A DNA stretch of 64,000 nt, from positions 9,310 through 73,309 of the IMG/VR virus record IMGVR_UViG_3300032334_002267; one strand, 5' to 3'. The stretch's first letter is position 1, and each line of letters opens with the position of its first letter. The translations under genes and the position numbers were made by a program. The notes below the pieces were generated by a model. The model was not told the DNA's origin, searched no databases, and was given only the letters and a program-made list of their open reading frames with translations. Below, in pieces: positions 37,470 through 47,299 of this stretch. The stretch comes from a virus (Duplodnaviria > Heunggongvirae > Uroviricota > Caudoviricetes).

Positions 37470-37516
37470 AAACTATATCCCATCTAAATAATAAGACCAT
37501 AAAATATTTCTAGAAG

Positions 37517-38161
37517 ATGAAGATTCAAATCAGTGACACTTTTACTAAGTCTATAAAAAGACTAGCCTGGCAAGAAAGCAAGACATACAAGGCATACAGT
37601 TTTTTCAGATACGATATCCCTGGTTTTTTTAAAAACATTTGGCATTTCAGAAAACCTCTTTGGAATTTTAGATGGTGGGATTATAGGTTTACTTTGGAGA
37701 TGTTTCAAGCCTGTTTTAAAATCATGTCTCCCCGTTTTGAAAAGTTGGGACTTGAGATTGATGAGACTAGAATGCTCAAGGTTAATAAGATGAATAGAGC
37801 GATAGAGATTCTCCAGAATTTTTTAGATGACACCTTTATAGAAGAGGCTGAAAAGGAACTTGGTGAATTAATTATCCGTGATTGGGAGTTTGAACCCGTT
37901 GAGGATAAAGATGGTTATTTTCAATTAAAAGATAACGACACTGAAGAGGAAAGGGTCCACAATAGAAAAGTCTTCGATAGGGCTCGGGATATAGAGGATG
38001 AAAAATGGGAAGAACTTTGGAACATCATGAGGGGGACAGATAGAAGCGAATGGTCAAAATACGTTCGAGGTGTCAGAAGGGACAGTAAAGAAGAAGCTGA
38101 AAAAAAAGATTTTCAAAAGGAGATCTATGATGGAACGGATCTCAGAGGATGGTGGGATTAA
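37517..38161 (+). CDS. Hypothetical protein
   Basis: 214-aa ORF, FRWWDY, ends GWWD. Confidence 0.8.
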   Translation: MKIQISDTFTKSIKRLAWQESKTYKAYSFFRYDIPGFFKNIWHFRKPLWNFRWWDYRFTLEMFQACFKIMSPRFEKLGLEIDETRMLKVNKMNRAIEILQNFLDDTFIEEAEKELGELIIRDWEFEPVEDKDGYFQLKDNDTEEERVHNRKVFDRARDIEDEKWEELWNIMRGTDRSEWSKYVRGVRRDSKEEAEKKDFQKEIYDGTDLRGWWD

Positions 38162-38173
38162 ATAAACAATAAC

Positions 38174-38794
38174 TTGATGGAAAAATACAAACACACCGAA
38201 AAATCCATACAGAAAGCTCTAGATATTAGATTCTCAAATAATGGAATTAAATACACAGTATCAAATCTTTACCTCTTTAAGCAGGATTGGGAAACTGATT
38301 TTCTGGTAGTCCAGAGATCATCAGGATATTGTTATGAGATAGAAATAAAAGTCACAAGATCGGATTTCTTAAATGATTTTAAGAAAGAGGTGAAACACAA
38401 GATCCTAAGAGAAGGTGTTTACCCGAAGAAAAAATATAAAAGATCCTGGAATCAAGAGCTTAATAAAACTGTTTCAGAAGCGTATTATGAAGACACATCT
38501 TGGGATTTCAGACCAAACAAATTCTACTATTGTGTACCTGAGGGAATGGTAGAAAAGAACGAGGTTCCCGAATATGCTGGTCTTATGTACGTTAGAGGAG
38601 ATGAAAGATACTCTACGGTTTATACAGTTAAAGAACCAAAGTTTATCCACAAGGAGAGGCTTAAGCTTGAGGATAAGTTATGTGATAAGTTCTATTATTA
38701 TTGGAAAGATTCAGAAAAGGAATTAATGCTTCTTGAAAATAAAAGAAAGCTCTACGAAAAGCAGATAACAGATCTTAAAAATAAACTGCTTTAA
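38174..38794 (+). CDS. PD-(D/E)xK nuclease-like protein (MmcB-like)
   Basis: WETDFL...YEIEIKVTRSDF..D, FYYCVP, YAGL. Confidence 0.7.
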   Translation: MMEKYKHTEKSIQKALDIRFSNNGIKYTVSNLYLFKQDWETDFLVVQRSSGYCYEIEIKVTRSDFLNDFKKEVKHKILREGVYPKKKYKRSWNQELNKTVSEAYYEDTSWDFRPNKFYYCVPEGMVEKNEVPEYAGLMYVRGDERYSTVYTVKEPKFIHKERLKLEDKLCDKFYYYWKDSEKELMLLENKRKLYEKQITDLKNKLL

Positions 38795-38819
38795 TTTTTT
38801 TTATTCCGAGCCCTTTCAT

Positions 38820-38827
38820 TATATTTG
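38820..38827 (+). promoter_or_regulatory. Bacteroidota-type -7 promoter box TATATTTG
   Basis: Matches TAnnTTTG, followed by CA; preceded by T-run and ATTCCGAG. Confidence 0.55.
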
Positions 38828-39196
38828 CATGGTAAAATAGTAAACGTGAAAGAAAATAAAAAGGAGCCAAAAAAAGCCTCCCAAACAACATTCAAGGAAA
38901 TAGTTAAAGATTATCAAAATGCAACCAGATCAGAAATATGGGAGGGTTTCAGGGATAACTTTGTCTTCGGCTTCATAGGGGCAACCCTAGTTGTTTTCAT
39001 AGCAACGCGAATAGATCTAGCAGTGTTGGTGGGTTATCTAGCCTATTATTTTTTCATGGGAAGAATAGTTAACCGTCCCAAATATGTGACAAAACTAGGT
39101 AAGTTGATAGTTTTTCCTGTACCGTCCGCTCTTGGTGCTTTTACAGGTTACAAGCTATCTTATTTTCTAATCCTCTATATAAAAGCTTTAGTCTAG
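38825..39196 (+). CDS. Membrane protein (start uncertain, possibly GTG 38846)
   Basis: Three hydrophobic segments. Confidence 0.7.
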   Translation: MHGKIVNVKENKKEPKKASQTTFKEIVKDYQNATRSEIWEGFRDNFVFGFIGATLVVFIATRIDLAVLVGYLAYYFFMGRIVNRPKYVTKLGKLIVFPVPSALGAFTGYKLSYFLILYIKALV

Positions 39197-39247
39197 AGAA
39201 ATAATTACAGAAAACATCAATATAACGTAAAATACTAAAACAAAAAT

Positions 39248-40198
39248 ATGTCAAAAAATATCGAGCTAACAGAAGAGGAAATGGATATGCTTTTGAGAGA
39301 AACTGTAGATCCAATTTATACTGAAAGAGATGATACCAAAAAACCCTATAGCCAATGGTCAGTTGTAGGTGACGGCAGTTATGCAGCTACGGTTCCCACC
39401 GTTTCTAAACTAGAACCTGGTCTGTATGAGTTTCAGTGGAATAATCAATACAACTCTTTCACCTTCATGAAGCAGAGTGTAAACACTGACGAATTGTACG
39501 AGCTTCCAACGGAGGAGATCAAAGAGATATTGGCCGACATCAAAAGTTTCTGGAATAAGGCTGAAGAATATAAGAAATACAAATTGATGCACAAAAGAGG
39601 AATTCTTCTTTACGGAGAACCCGGGTGCGGTAAGTCTGGAATCATTCAGCTCTGTATGAAGCACATCATCAACGATCTTTCTGGTATAGTGATCAATATC
39701 AAAGACGAAGATTCAGTTAAAGCCTACATAGACACAATCCAAAGATTTAGACAGATCGAACCCGATCGACCATTGATTGTTATTATAGAAGACATTGATA
39801 GTGTTGCCGGAGATAGCAACTACTCAAATTCTATGCTTCTCAACATTCTTGATGGTGTAAAGCAAATAGAAAATGTTGTTTATATTGCCACCACGAACTA
39901 CCCAGAAAAACTCGCGGAAAGAATAACCAACAGGCCATCCAGATTCGATAGAAGATATTTGGTGGAACCTCCTTCGAAAGAAGTTCGAAGAGCTTATCTT
40001 AAAAACAAATCAGAGGGATTACCAATTGACGTTGAGAAATGGGTAAAGGACACTAACGGAATGTCGATGTCGCATATTAAGGAGTTATTCATCTCGGTTG
40101 TTCTTCTTGATATTAAATACGAAGATGCAATTTCGCATTTAAACGGACTGAAAAAATCTCCTAGAATTAAAAAAGGAGGAGACATAGGATTCAATTAA
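39248..40198 (+). CDS. AAA+ ATPase
   Basis: GEPGCGKS Walker A, IIEDID Walker B, TTNYPE, RPSRFDR. Confidence 0.92.
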   Translation: MSKNIELTEEEMDMLLRETVDPIYTERDDTKKPYSQWSVVGDGSYAATVPTVSKLEPGLYEFQWNNQYNSFTFMKQSVNTDELYELPTEEIKEILADIKSFWNKAEEYKKYKLMHKRGILLYGEPGCGKSGIIQLCMKHIINDLSGIVINIKDEDSVKAYIDTIQRFRQIEPDRPLIVIIEDIDSVAGDSNYSNSMLLNILDGVKQIENVVYIATTNYPEKLAERITNRPSRFDRRYLVEPPSKEVRRAYLKNKSEGLPIDVEKWVKDTNGMSMSHIKELFISVVLLDIKYEDAISHLNGLKKSPRIKKGGDIGFN

Positions 40199-40234
40199 TA
40201 ATAAATAACAAACCAGAAAAAATAAAAGAACTAT

Positions 40235-40849
40235 ATGAAATTTTCAAGATTAATCCTAGACGGACAGGTTACAGACCTAGAGCAATTTGCTAAAAAATGT
40301 ATATTAGCTTTCGGTGCAACTGAGCACATGCAAAAAGAGGATCAGGAAAGTGACGAGTATATTCAGAGAGAAGCAGACGAATCTTACGAGAAAGAGCTTC
40401 TCGAGATGGAGAAAAGTTTGGAATTCATTAAAAACATGAGCGACAAAGATATTCTCCAAAGTCACACAACTTATCTCTCCAGTGAATTGGAGTACTATGA
40501 ATCTGACCTCAATAGGATAAGGGAGAGTAAAAGTAGAATCGAAAAAATCCTAGAGGACGCCAAATCTTGGGAGATACCATCGGAGGATCATCAGGAGTTT
40601 AAAGAATTCATGATAGATGATCTTGAGGAAGGTCTAAAAAAAGGATGCGACGAATCCCACCATCTAAAAAGAATTGAAGAAATTAAAGAGGAGCTTAAAA
40701 TGGATGCCAACTCTGTGAGAGAAAGAATTCTGAAGGGAGCTACGGAGGATATGGAGAGACAGAAAAAAGAGATTGAAACAGAGAAACAATTGGCGAGTGA
40801 CTCTAATTTATGGGTTGAAAAAATCATAGAATCTTTTAATAAAAAATAA
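40235..40849 (+). CDS. Coiled-coil hypothetical protein
   Basis: 204 aa, E/K-rich, W..P..DH..FK.FM. Confidence 0.75.
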   Translation: MKFSRLILDGQVTDLEQFAKKCILAFGATEHMQKEDQESDEYIQREADESYEKELLEMEKSLEFIKNMSDKDILQSHTTYLSSELEYYESDLNRIRESKSRIEKILEDAKSWEIPSEDHQEFKEFMIDDLEEGLKKGCDESHHLKRIEEIKEELKMDANSVRERILKGATEDMERQKKEIETEKQLASDSNLWVEKIIESFNKK

Positions 40850-40850
40850 C

Positions 40851-40991
40851 ATGAAAAAATCACTATCTAACTTCATCAAAAGAAACAAGTGGCAGACAAT
40901 AATCATATTGTTTGGATCTTTCCTAATTTATCAGGACCACCAAATACTAGGAGCAGCTTTTATAGGTATAGGCTTCGGAACGCTAGATTAA
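40851..40991 (+). CDS. Small membrane protein (46 aa, not in ORF track)
   Basis: Own translation MKKSLSNFIKRNKWQTIIILFGSFLIYQDHQILGAAFIGIGFGTLD*; fills the gap between genes. Confidence 0.55.
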   Translation: MKKSLSNFIKRNKWQTIIILFGSFLIYQDHQILGAAFIGIGFGTLD

Positions 40992-41000
40992 ATTTAAAAA

Positions 41001-41258
41001 ATGAATAATATGTCAAACTGTGATATGTGTGTTGTCTGCGATAGAGAAACACCATACAAGAAAGAAACCCCAATAGATTGGAGAATAGGTTACATAGAAG
41101 GTGCAGGACAAGGTTGCTTTCAACCTTCCAGATGTGAGCAAGAAAAAAATCAAACTCATGTTATAGTTACCGAAGAAATGATTAGAGAAATTCCTAATGA
41201 TTCTGAATTAGGTAAAACTATCAGAGAAAGGTATTACCTAAATAGAGATAAAATATAA
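41001..41258 (+). CDS. Hypothetical protein with Cys motifs
   Basis: CVVC...R.GYIEGAGQ.C. Confidence 0.7.
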   Translation: MNNMSNCDMCVVCDRETPYKKETPIDWRIGYIEGAGQGCFQPSRCEQEKNQTHVIVTEEMIREIPNDSELGKTIRERYYLNRDKI

Positions 41259-41720
41259 ATGGAGCTATTAAATACACACCCGATTAAAAAATCGGATCTA
41301 GGGTTTCATGGGAATCTTTTTGGCGGAAAGCTATTGGCTTGGATCGATGCTGCAGCAGCAGGCTATTCAATGCAACTTTGCGATAGCCCTAGAATGGTTA
41401 CCGTCTCAATCGATAAGTGTTTCTTTGAGAAACCAGCTAAAGAAGGACAGCTACTAAAAATATATGGATATCCCAGCAAACTTGGGACCACGTCCATTAC
41501 TCTGTATATGGAAGCAAGAGCTCATAATGTATACACAGGTAACCAAGCCGTTGTTTTAAAAACGAATATTAGATTCGTTAGGATAGACGAAGAGGGAAAT
41601 CCTATACCTATAGGTGAGAAGGGAAGAATCCGAATATCCAAGATGTTAGAATCAGTAAATAAAGAACAAGAAGAAACTATCCCTCCAAATGATGCTTTAA
41701 GAAAAGCATATGATGATTAG
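41259..41720 (+). CDS. HotDog-fold acyl-CoA thioesterase
   Basis: DLGFHGNLFGGKLLAWID, VTVSID...F..P, GTTSI. Confidence 0.9.
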   Translation: MELLNTHPIKKSDLGFHGNLFGGKLLAWIDAAAAGYSMQLCDSPRMVTVSIDKCFFEKPAKEGQLLKIYGYPSKLGTTSITLYMEARAHNVYTGNQAVVLKTNIRFVRIDEEGNPIPIGEKGRIRISKMLESVNKEQEETIPPNDALRKAYDD

Positions 41721-41750
41721 AATGATCGTTTAACCTCGCAATAGGAATAT

Positions 41751-42002
41751 ATGTCACTAGGAAGATTTTTAGGATTTGTCTCTTATGGAACTCTGTCGGT
41801 AAAGAGCAGAATCTATTGGGAAACCCAGCTCTTTGCACCTATAAGGAGTTGGAAAGATGGGATCACCTTCTTTAGTTTTAAGGTTAATCTAGATAGGTAT
41901 AAAAGCGAACACACCCCATCGTTACAAATAGAACTAACTTTTCTAAACTTATACAATCACGTATGTGTATATCAGAATAATTTCGAAGAAGAATCCATTT
42001 AA
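41751..42002 (+). CDS. Hypothetical protein
   Basis: 83-aa ORF. Confidence 0.6.
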   Translation: MSLGRFLGFVSYGTLSVKSRIYWETQLFAPIRSWKDGITFFSFKVNLDRYKSEHTPSLQIELTFLNLYNHVCVYQNNFEEESI

Positions 42003-42028
42003 GTTAAAAAAAAATAAATTAATAAAAC

Positions 42029-42235
42029 ATGAGCATCGAAGAAGCAAAAGACCAACTAATAGAATTACTTGAAAATCAAGTAATGGACCTTACCTTAATG
42101 TCTAAGATTGAATTAGGAGATGATGTAATCGCAGAGATTAAACGATTAAAAGGATTGATAGGTAATACTGAACCCTATGTATCAGATGATTTCCAGATTG
42201 GACCTGATGGTGCTTATGAACATATAAAACAATAG
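42029..42235 (+). CDS. Hypothetical protein
   Basis: 68-aa ORF, ends FQIGPDGAYE. Confidence 0.65.
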   Translation: MSIEEAKDQLIELLENQVMDLTLMSKIELGDDVIAEIKRLKGLIGNTEPYVSDDFQIGPDGAYEHIKQ

Positions 42236-42241
42236 AAAGTT

Positions 42242-42661
42242 ATGAGAAATATCAAAGCAACAGAATTAAGAATCGGTAATTATATCAAATTAATGTTCAA
42301 CTACGAAGATTATGAAACAATACAAGTTACTTCCGATGAATTAGTAGATGTAGATAAAAAACGAGCAGATTACGAACCATTGCCATTAACAGAAGATTGG
42401 TTGTTTAAGTTTGGATTTAAGAACACCGATAAAGATGATAATGATTACATTACATATACTGACACAAACCATGACTATTATTTACAGATTGATACTAGAA
42501 GAAGAGATGGAAAATACACAATATTAGATAATTCTTTTGATGATTTAAGGGCATTTTCAATGGTAGATATTGTTTATGTCCACCAACTCCAAAACCTTTA
42601 TTTCGCTTTAACAGGTGAAGAATTAACTTTAAATAAAAACAAAGATGAAAGGAACTCTTAA
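42242..42661 (+). CDS. Conserved Bacteroidota-phage hypothetical protein
   Basis: ELRIGN...EPLPLTEDWLFKFGF...VHQLQNLYFALTGEEL. Confidence 0.8.
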   Translation: MRNIKATELRIGNYIKLMFNYEDYETIQVTSDELVDVDKKRADYEPLPLTEDWLFKFGFKNTDKDDNDYITYTDTNHDYYLQIDTRRRDGKYTILDNSFDDLRAFSMVDIVYVHQLQNLYFALTGEELTLNKNKDERNS

Positions 42662-43223
42662 AAACACAAAAGCAGGTTGGTTTGTATTATACCAAGTAAT
42701 GAGAGATGAGATAACATCAGGTTATGATTCGATACCATTGCATCCCGATAGTCAAATTTGGATGGATGGATATAATCTATATGAAGGTAAAGAAGTAGAA
42801 TTTGAAGTAAGAGTTTATCCAAGTGGTTCTCGTTTTGCTAAAACAATTGGAGAAGATGTTTTAGGTTGTTCATATCCTGATTGCATTTGCCAAGGTGATG
42901 AAATAACATATTGTAATAATAGAATACCTGAACAAGTTGTATTAGGTGATAAGACAGCATTAGTTGAAAATATATTTCATCAAGAATTGAAAAAAACATC
43001 AATACAAGAGTTAATTGATGAAATAGTTGAACATCTTACTTATGATGACGATTTAAGTGATGATTCAAGAACAACTTATGAAACTATTAGGTTAAGGTGT
43101 TTAGGTAAATTATCAGTGGAGAAAGAACAAATAATAAATACCTTTAAAGACGCACAAGTTTTTAAAGTTATGAATGATGAAACAAGAGCAGAGCAATATT
43201 ACAATCAAATATATGGAAAATAG
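42645..43223 (+). CDS. Modular hypothetical protein
   Basis: KTSIQELI and EKEQII..F...AEQYYNQ modules. Confidence 0.75.
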   Translation: MKGTLKNTKAGWFVLYQVMRDEITSGYDSIPLHPDSQIWMDGYNLYEGKEVEFEVRVYPSGSRFAKTIGEDVLGCSYPDCICQGDEITYCNNRIPEQVVLGDKTALVENIFHQELKKTSIQELIDEIVEHLTYDDDLSDDSRTTYETIRLRCLGKLSVEKEQIINTFKDAQVFKVMNDETRAEQYYNQIYGK

Positions 43224-43644
43224 AAAAACATCAATGCAAGAATTGTTTGATAATTTACAAGCAATTGATATATCTGTACCAAATGGAGTTAAACAAATAT
43301 TCCTTGAAAAAGAAAAACAACAAATAGAAGATGCTTTTTACTCAGGTTATGAAGATAGAGATTTGTTTAAACATGGTGATGATTACTACAATAAAATGTA
43401 TGAAAAAAATGGTTGGCAAGGTATTCTATTTTTAGGAGAAGTTGATGATGTAAAAATATACTATGATAGTTATCATCCTGACCAAACGCTGACAGTTGAA
43501 TTAAATGAAGATAAAACGGAAATGGTTTATATCATTAGTCCGTATGATGATATTACCATATTTGAAGGTATTAGAAAAAACATAATAATACCAGAAAAGC
43601 CAACCACATTAGAAAAAATAATTACAAATGAACAACCTCGATAA
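43213..43644 (+). CDS. Modular hypothetical protein
   Basis: KTSMQELF, EKEKQQIEDAF..DYYN; ORF track start is 43174, likely start 43213. Confidence 0.7.
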   Translation: MENRKTSMQELFDNLQAIDISVPNGVKQIFLEKEKQQIEDAFYSGYEDRDLFKHGDDYYNKMYEKNGWQGILFLGEVDDVKIYYDSYHPDQTLTVELNEDKTEMVYIISPYDDITIFEGIRKNIIIPEKPTTLEKIITNEQPR

Positions 43645-43849
43645 CAAACTACCATTTCAAAAAGAATATGTTTTTGACAACAGAGAAGTTAAAACCTCAT
43701 TACCCGGGGCTGAACTATCTGATGTTGATAGTTTGAAATATTTTTTTCAAAAATACATATCTTCAGTTGAAAATACAAAACCAAGTCAAAGTATGGCGAA
43801 TATACTGAAAGCATGGATTGATATTATACAGCAAAAATCAAATAAATAA
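43628..43849 (+). CDS. Hypothetical protein
   Basis: 73-aa ORF in operon. Confidence 0.6.
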   Translation: MNNLDNKLPFQKEYVFDNREVKTSLPGAELSDVDSLKYFFQKYISSVENTKPSQSMANILKAWIDIIQQKSNK

Positions 43850-43851
43850 AA

Positions 43852-45162
43852 ATGAATAAATTAGATAAACAATACACAGACCTACTTCAAGATATACTTG
43901 ATAATGGTATCACTAAAAGCGACAGAACTGGCACTGGGACCATTAGTGTATTCGGTAGACAGATTCGTCATAAGATGAGTGATGGGTTTCCACTTCTTAC
44001 AACTAAAAAGATGGCTTGGAAAACTATGGTAACTGAGCTCATCTGGTTTTTAAGAGGAGATACTAATATTAAGTACTTAGTTAATAATGGTTGTCATATT
44101 TGGGATGGGGACTGTTACGCTAACTATCTCGTAAAAACAAAAAATCAAATTGAAGACCCAAACGACTTGAATTGGGACCTTAGCTCACCTAAAGACCCAA
44201 AAATAACTCAATTAACACAAGAACAATTCATCAACAAAATCAAAACAGATGATGAGTTTGCTAAGAAGTGGGGTGAATTAGGACCAATTTATGGTAAGCA
44301 ATGGCGAAATTGGGCTAAATTTAATGAGAAAGTTTACACTAAACAAGTTAGAGAAGTTCCTGAAGGAGGTAGATTTGCTGAAACGAGAAATATTAATTGG
44401 GTTGGGGGAAGTGAAGTTGTTTACATAGACCAAATCGCAAACCTAATCAACGACCTTAAAACAAATCCAGACTCAAGACGCCTACTTGTCTCAGCCTGGA
44501 GCCCAGCCGAGCTCGACCAAATGGTGTTACCACCTTGTCATTATGGATTTCAAGTTTATACAAGAGAGTTGAGCTTGGAAGAAAGAAGAAAATTAGTTAC
44601 TCAGGAAATGTTTAATCAAATCTATAATGGAGGCGGACCTGATACTTTATCCCATTCTGAGATCGATCAATGGAATGTTCCGACTAGATCAATCTCTTTA
44701 ATGTATAATCAACGTTCAGTCGATACATTTTTAGGTTTACCATTCAATATAGCATCATATGGTTTATTACTAGAGATTATTGCTAAAGCAGTTAATATGG
44801 TTCCTGATGAACTTATTGGTAACTTAGGAGACGTACACCTTTACTTAAACCATATTGAACAAGCAAAGGAACAGATTAGTAGAGAAAGAACACACGAAGA
44901 AATGGTTGAAATGTATTATGCAATAGAAAATAAAAAAGATAGAGAAAATAAATGGACTTGGCAGACTCGATTTGAGGATAATAACATATCAAAACACACA
45001 AGAGAACCATACCCATTACCAACACTAAAAATAAATTCAGGTAATGAAAATTGGCATTTGTTAGATATAGATGACATCGTCTACTCATTAGATAATGAAT
45101 TAACTTTTAAATTAGAGAATTATCAATCACATCCATCAATTAAAGCACCACTATCAAACTAG
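43852..45162 (+). CDS. thyA: Thymidylate synthase with several in-frame insertions
   Basis: DRTGTGT, FPLLTTKK, LGPIYGKQW, SRRL, LPPCHY, QRSVDTFLGLPFNIASY, GDVHLY.NH. Confidence 0.96.
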   Translation: MNKLDKQYTDLLQDILDNGITKSDRTGTGTISVFGRQIRHKMSDGFPLLTTKKMAWKTMVTELIWFLRGDTNIKYLVNNGCHIWDGDCYANYLVKTKNQIEDPNDLNWDLSSPKDPKITQLTQEQFINKIKTDDEFAKKWGELGPIYGKQWRNWAKFNEKVYTKQVREVPEGGRFAETRNINWVGGSEVVYIDQIANLINDLKTNPDSRRLLVSAWSPAELDQMVLPPCHYGFQVYTRELSLEERRKLVTQEMFNQIYNGGGPDTLSHSEIDQWNVPTRSISLMYNQRSVDTFLGLPFNIASYGLLLEIIAKAVNMVPDELIGNLGDVHLYLNHIEQAKEQISRERTHEEMVEMYYAIENKKDRENKWTWQTRFEDNNISKHTREPYPLPTLKINSGNENWHLLDIDDIVYSLDNELTFKLENYQSHPSIKAPLSN

Positions 45163-45164
45163 TT

Positions 45165-45302
45165 ATGAAGATAAGATTGGACTTGGTTATGTGCCAGATA
45201 TATGTGTTACCATACATTAAAGTAACACATGACAAATGGTTAAACGGCAACTATGAATTAATAATAGGTTGGCTCAAATGGCAACTGGTAATAGGAATAT
45301 GA
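45165..45302 (+). CDS. Small hypothetical protein (45 aa, not in ORF track)
   Basis: Own translation MKIRLDLVMCQIYVLPYIKVTHDKWLNGNYELIIGWLKWQLVIGI*; ATGA overlap with the next gene. Confidence 0.5.
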   Translation: MKIRLDLVMCQIYVLPYIKVTHDKWLNGNYELIIGWLKWQLVIGI

Positions 45303-45508
45303 AAAAAATTAGAATTAAAGGCTATTGTTACAGTACTTGGGATAAAGGCGGGTTTAAGCAGATAGCTTTACTACCATGTCCGTACTTCACACACAACCCG
45401 GAAGGTAACTTTATTGAAACTGGGGTTTCAACAAACCTTTGGGCTATAAGCATCAATTTCTTGGCATGGGATTTTGGTATCCGAATTTATGAAGATTTAG
45501 AATATTAA
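45299..45508 (+). CDS. Small hypothetical protein
   Basis: Likely start MKKIRIKG at 45299 (ORF track 45269). Confidence 0.55.
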   Translation: MKKIRIKGYCYSTWDKGGFKQIALLPCPYFTHNPEGNFIETGVSTNLWAISINFLAWDFGIRIYEDLEY

Positions 45509-45510
45509 AA

Positions 45511-46368
45511 ATGAAAAAAGTATTAGTAACAGGAGGATGCGGATTTATCGGACACAGTCTAGTAAATGAGCTAATTAGAAGGGGATACGTCGTTGACGTA
45601 ATAGATAACCTATCAATAGGGAAAGAAGCTAAGATTCCCGAGGGATGTAATTTTCTAAGCGGTGATATCAGGCTAATGGAGCGTGAGGACAATTACGAAT
45701 ACATCTTTCACCTGGCAGCTCTGAGTCGAATCCAGCCATCATTTAAAAATCCAGATTTTACTTTTTCTGTTAATGTTGATGGAACGAGAAAGATCGTGGA
45801 ATACGCAGCTAGAACTGGATCTAAATTAATCTACTCTGGGTCTTCATCTAGACATCATAATCCTGAACTATCTCCCTATGCTATGTCCAAGCACATGGGC
45901 GAGGAGTGGTGTAAGATGTACAAAAAAGTTTTTAATCTTAATTGTGAAATAGTTAGATTCTACAATGTTTACGGTCCAGGTGAACTAGTTGATAGCCATA
46001 TGGCTGCTGTCATAGGTATATTTCGAAAACAGATTAGAGAGGGTAAACCTATTACCATATATGGCGATGGAGAACAGAGAAGAGATTTTACCCACGTAGA
46101 TGATATCGTTGAAGGCCTAATTAGAATAGCGGAATCAGATGAAAAGAATCCAGACGCATGGGAACTCGGAACAGGGAGGAATTATTCCATTAACGAAGTC
46201 TATGAAATGTTCAATGAAAGACATCAAGGAAATCTGAGTAAGATACATTTGCCTGATGTTGGAGGAAATTATAGAGAAACTATAAGAACAAACAACGAAG
46301 CTATTGACAGATTAGGCTGGAGCCCTAAAGATCAATTAAGGGAGTATATTTTAAATCAAAAAAATTAA
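45511..46368 (+). CDS. NAD-dependent nucleotide-sugar epimerase/dehydratase
   Basis: VTGGCGFIG, FHLAA, SSS, YAMSK (YxxxK), RFYNVYG, RDFTHV.D. Confidence 0.93.
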   Translation: MKKVLVTGGCGFIGHSLVNELIRRGYVVDVIDNLSIGKEAKIPEGCNFLSGDIRLMEREDNYEYIFHLAALSRIQPSFKNPDFTFSVNVDGTRKIVEYAARTGSKLIYSGSSSRHHNPELSPYAMSKHMGEEWCKMYKKVFNLNCEIVRFYNVYGPGELVDSHMAAVIGIFRKQIREGKPITIYGDGEQRRDFTHVDDIVEGLIRIAESDEKNPDAWELGTGRNYSINEVYEMFNERHQGNLSKIHLPDVGGNYRETIRTNNEAIDRLGWSPKDQLREYILNQKN

Positions 46369-46374
46369 CACGAA

Positions 46375-46650
46375 ATGAAATTTAGAATCGTACAAATGAT
46401 ACACAGCGTGGAAGAACTATCCAGAGAGAATGGGGGTAGATCAAAAATCGAGTATGTGATCCAAAGGAAGAACTTTTGGGGAAAGTGGAAAGAGATATTT
46501 GCTACCGAGATAGATTCTCAGAGAATCTCTCATAAAACCTACGAGGATGCGGAGGCGTATATGCTAGTTAATTATATGGGGCCTGGAATGTGTGAGAGGA
46601 TAGGGGTTGAGTACGAGTACACACGATACTCCTACAATTTTCATTTTTAA
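46375..46650 (+). CDS. Hypothetical protein
   Basis: MKFRIV...YVIQRKNFWG.W. Confidence 0.7.
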   Translation: MKFRIVQMIHSVEELSRENGGRSKIEYVIQRKNFWGKWKEIFATEIDSQRISHKTYEDAEAYMLVNYMGPGMCERIGVEYEYTRYSYNFHF

Positions 46651-46677
46651 TTTAATATAAAATCTAAAAAATATAAC

Positions 46678-47295
46678 ATGGAAATAAAAACAAATGATGG
46701 ACCATCCTTCGAGAGGATAGCAGTTATCGAAAAATCAACAGGGGGTTTAATTGAAACCTATGAATGGTGGGATGTTAAAGGTGTAGGTGGTAATTTTAAA
46801 TCAAATGAAAAACCATCTCATGGGGAAGACATTATCTACCATGGGGTTCTAGAAAATTCATTTGTTAGTAAAGGAGGTGAGTACATTGGAGATTTTAAAA
46901 GAGCTGAATGGTATGAGAAGAACAAGCTAAAAGTATATGAACCTTATCCTCATGGTGTTGCTATTCTAATGAATGACGATCTTACAGGAATTGTTGGATA
47001 CTATGGCTATACTCATCGAGGTGGTTGTACTTTCAAAATCGGGGATAAAATTTTCGACGGTAATTACGAGCCTCAGGAAAAAGACTACACTCCAGAACAA
47101 TGGGCTGGTTGGGTAAAAGAGTATAATGATGGGATCGCCCAGGCTGAAGCCGATGGAGATACATGGTGGGCAGATGACATCAGAAATGATGGCGTTGCTC
47201 GTTACATCCCATATACATTAAGAGGAGCAAGGACTATTGAGAATTGGGAAGATGCCATACAATCTGCAAAAAATATGAGTGACCATTTAAGCTAA
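46678..47295 (+). CDS. Hypothetical protein
   Basis: 205-aa ORF, GYYGYTHRG. Confidence 0.75.
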   Translation: MEIKTNDGPSFERIAVIEKSTGGLIETYEWWDVKGVGGNFKSNEKPSHGEDIIYHGVLENSFVSKGGEYIGDFKRAEWYEKNKLKVYEPYPHGVAILMNDDLTGIVGYYGYTHRGGCTFKIGDKIFDGNYEPQEKDYTPEQWAGWVKEYNDGIAQAEADGDTWWADDIRNDGVARYIPYTLRGARTIENWEDAIQSAKNMSDHLS

Positions 47296-47299
47296 ATAT

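Noticed and set aside
43852-45162. Inteins or introns in thyA, nrdA or polB
   Set aside because: The insertions are short and in frame, lack C/S-start and HN-end intein motifs or LAGLIDADG blocks, and no frame breaks were seen.
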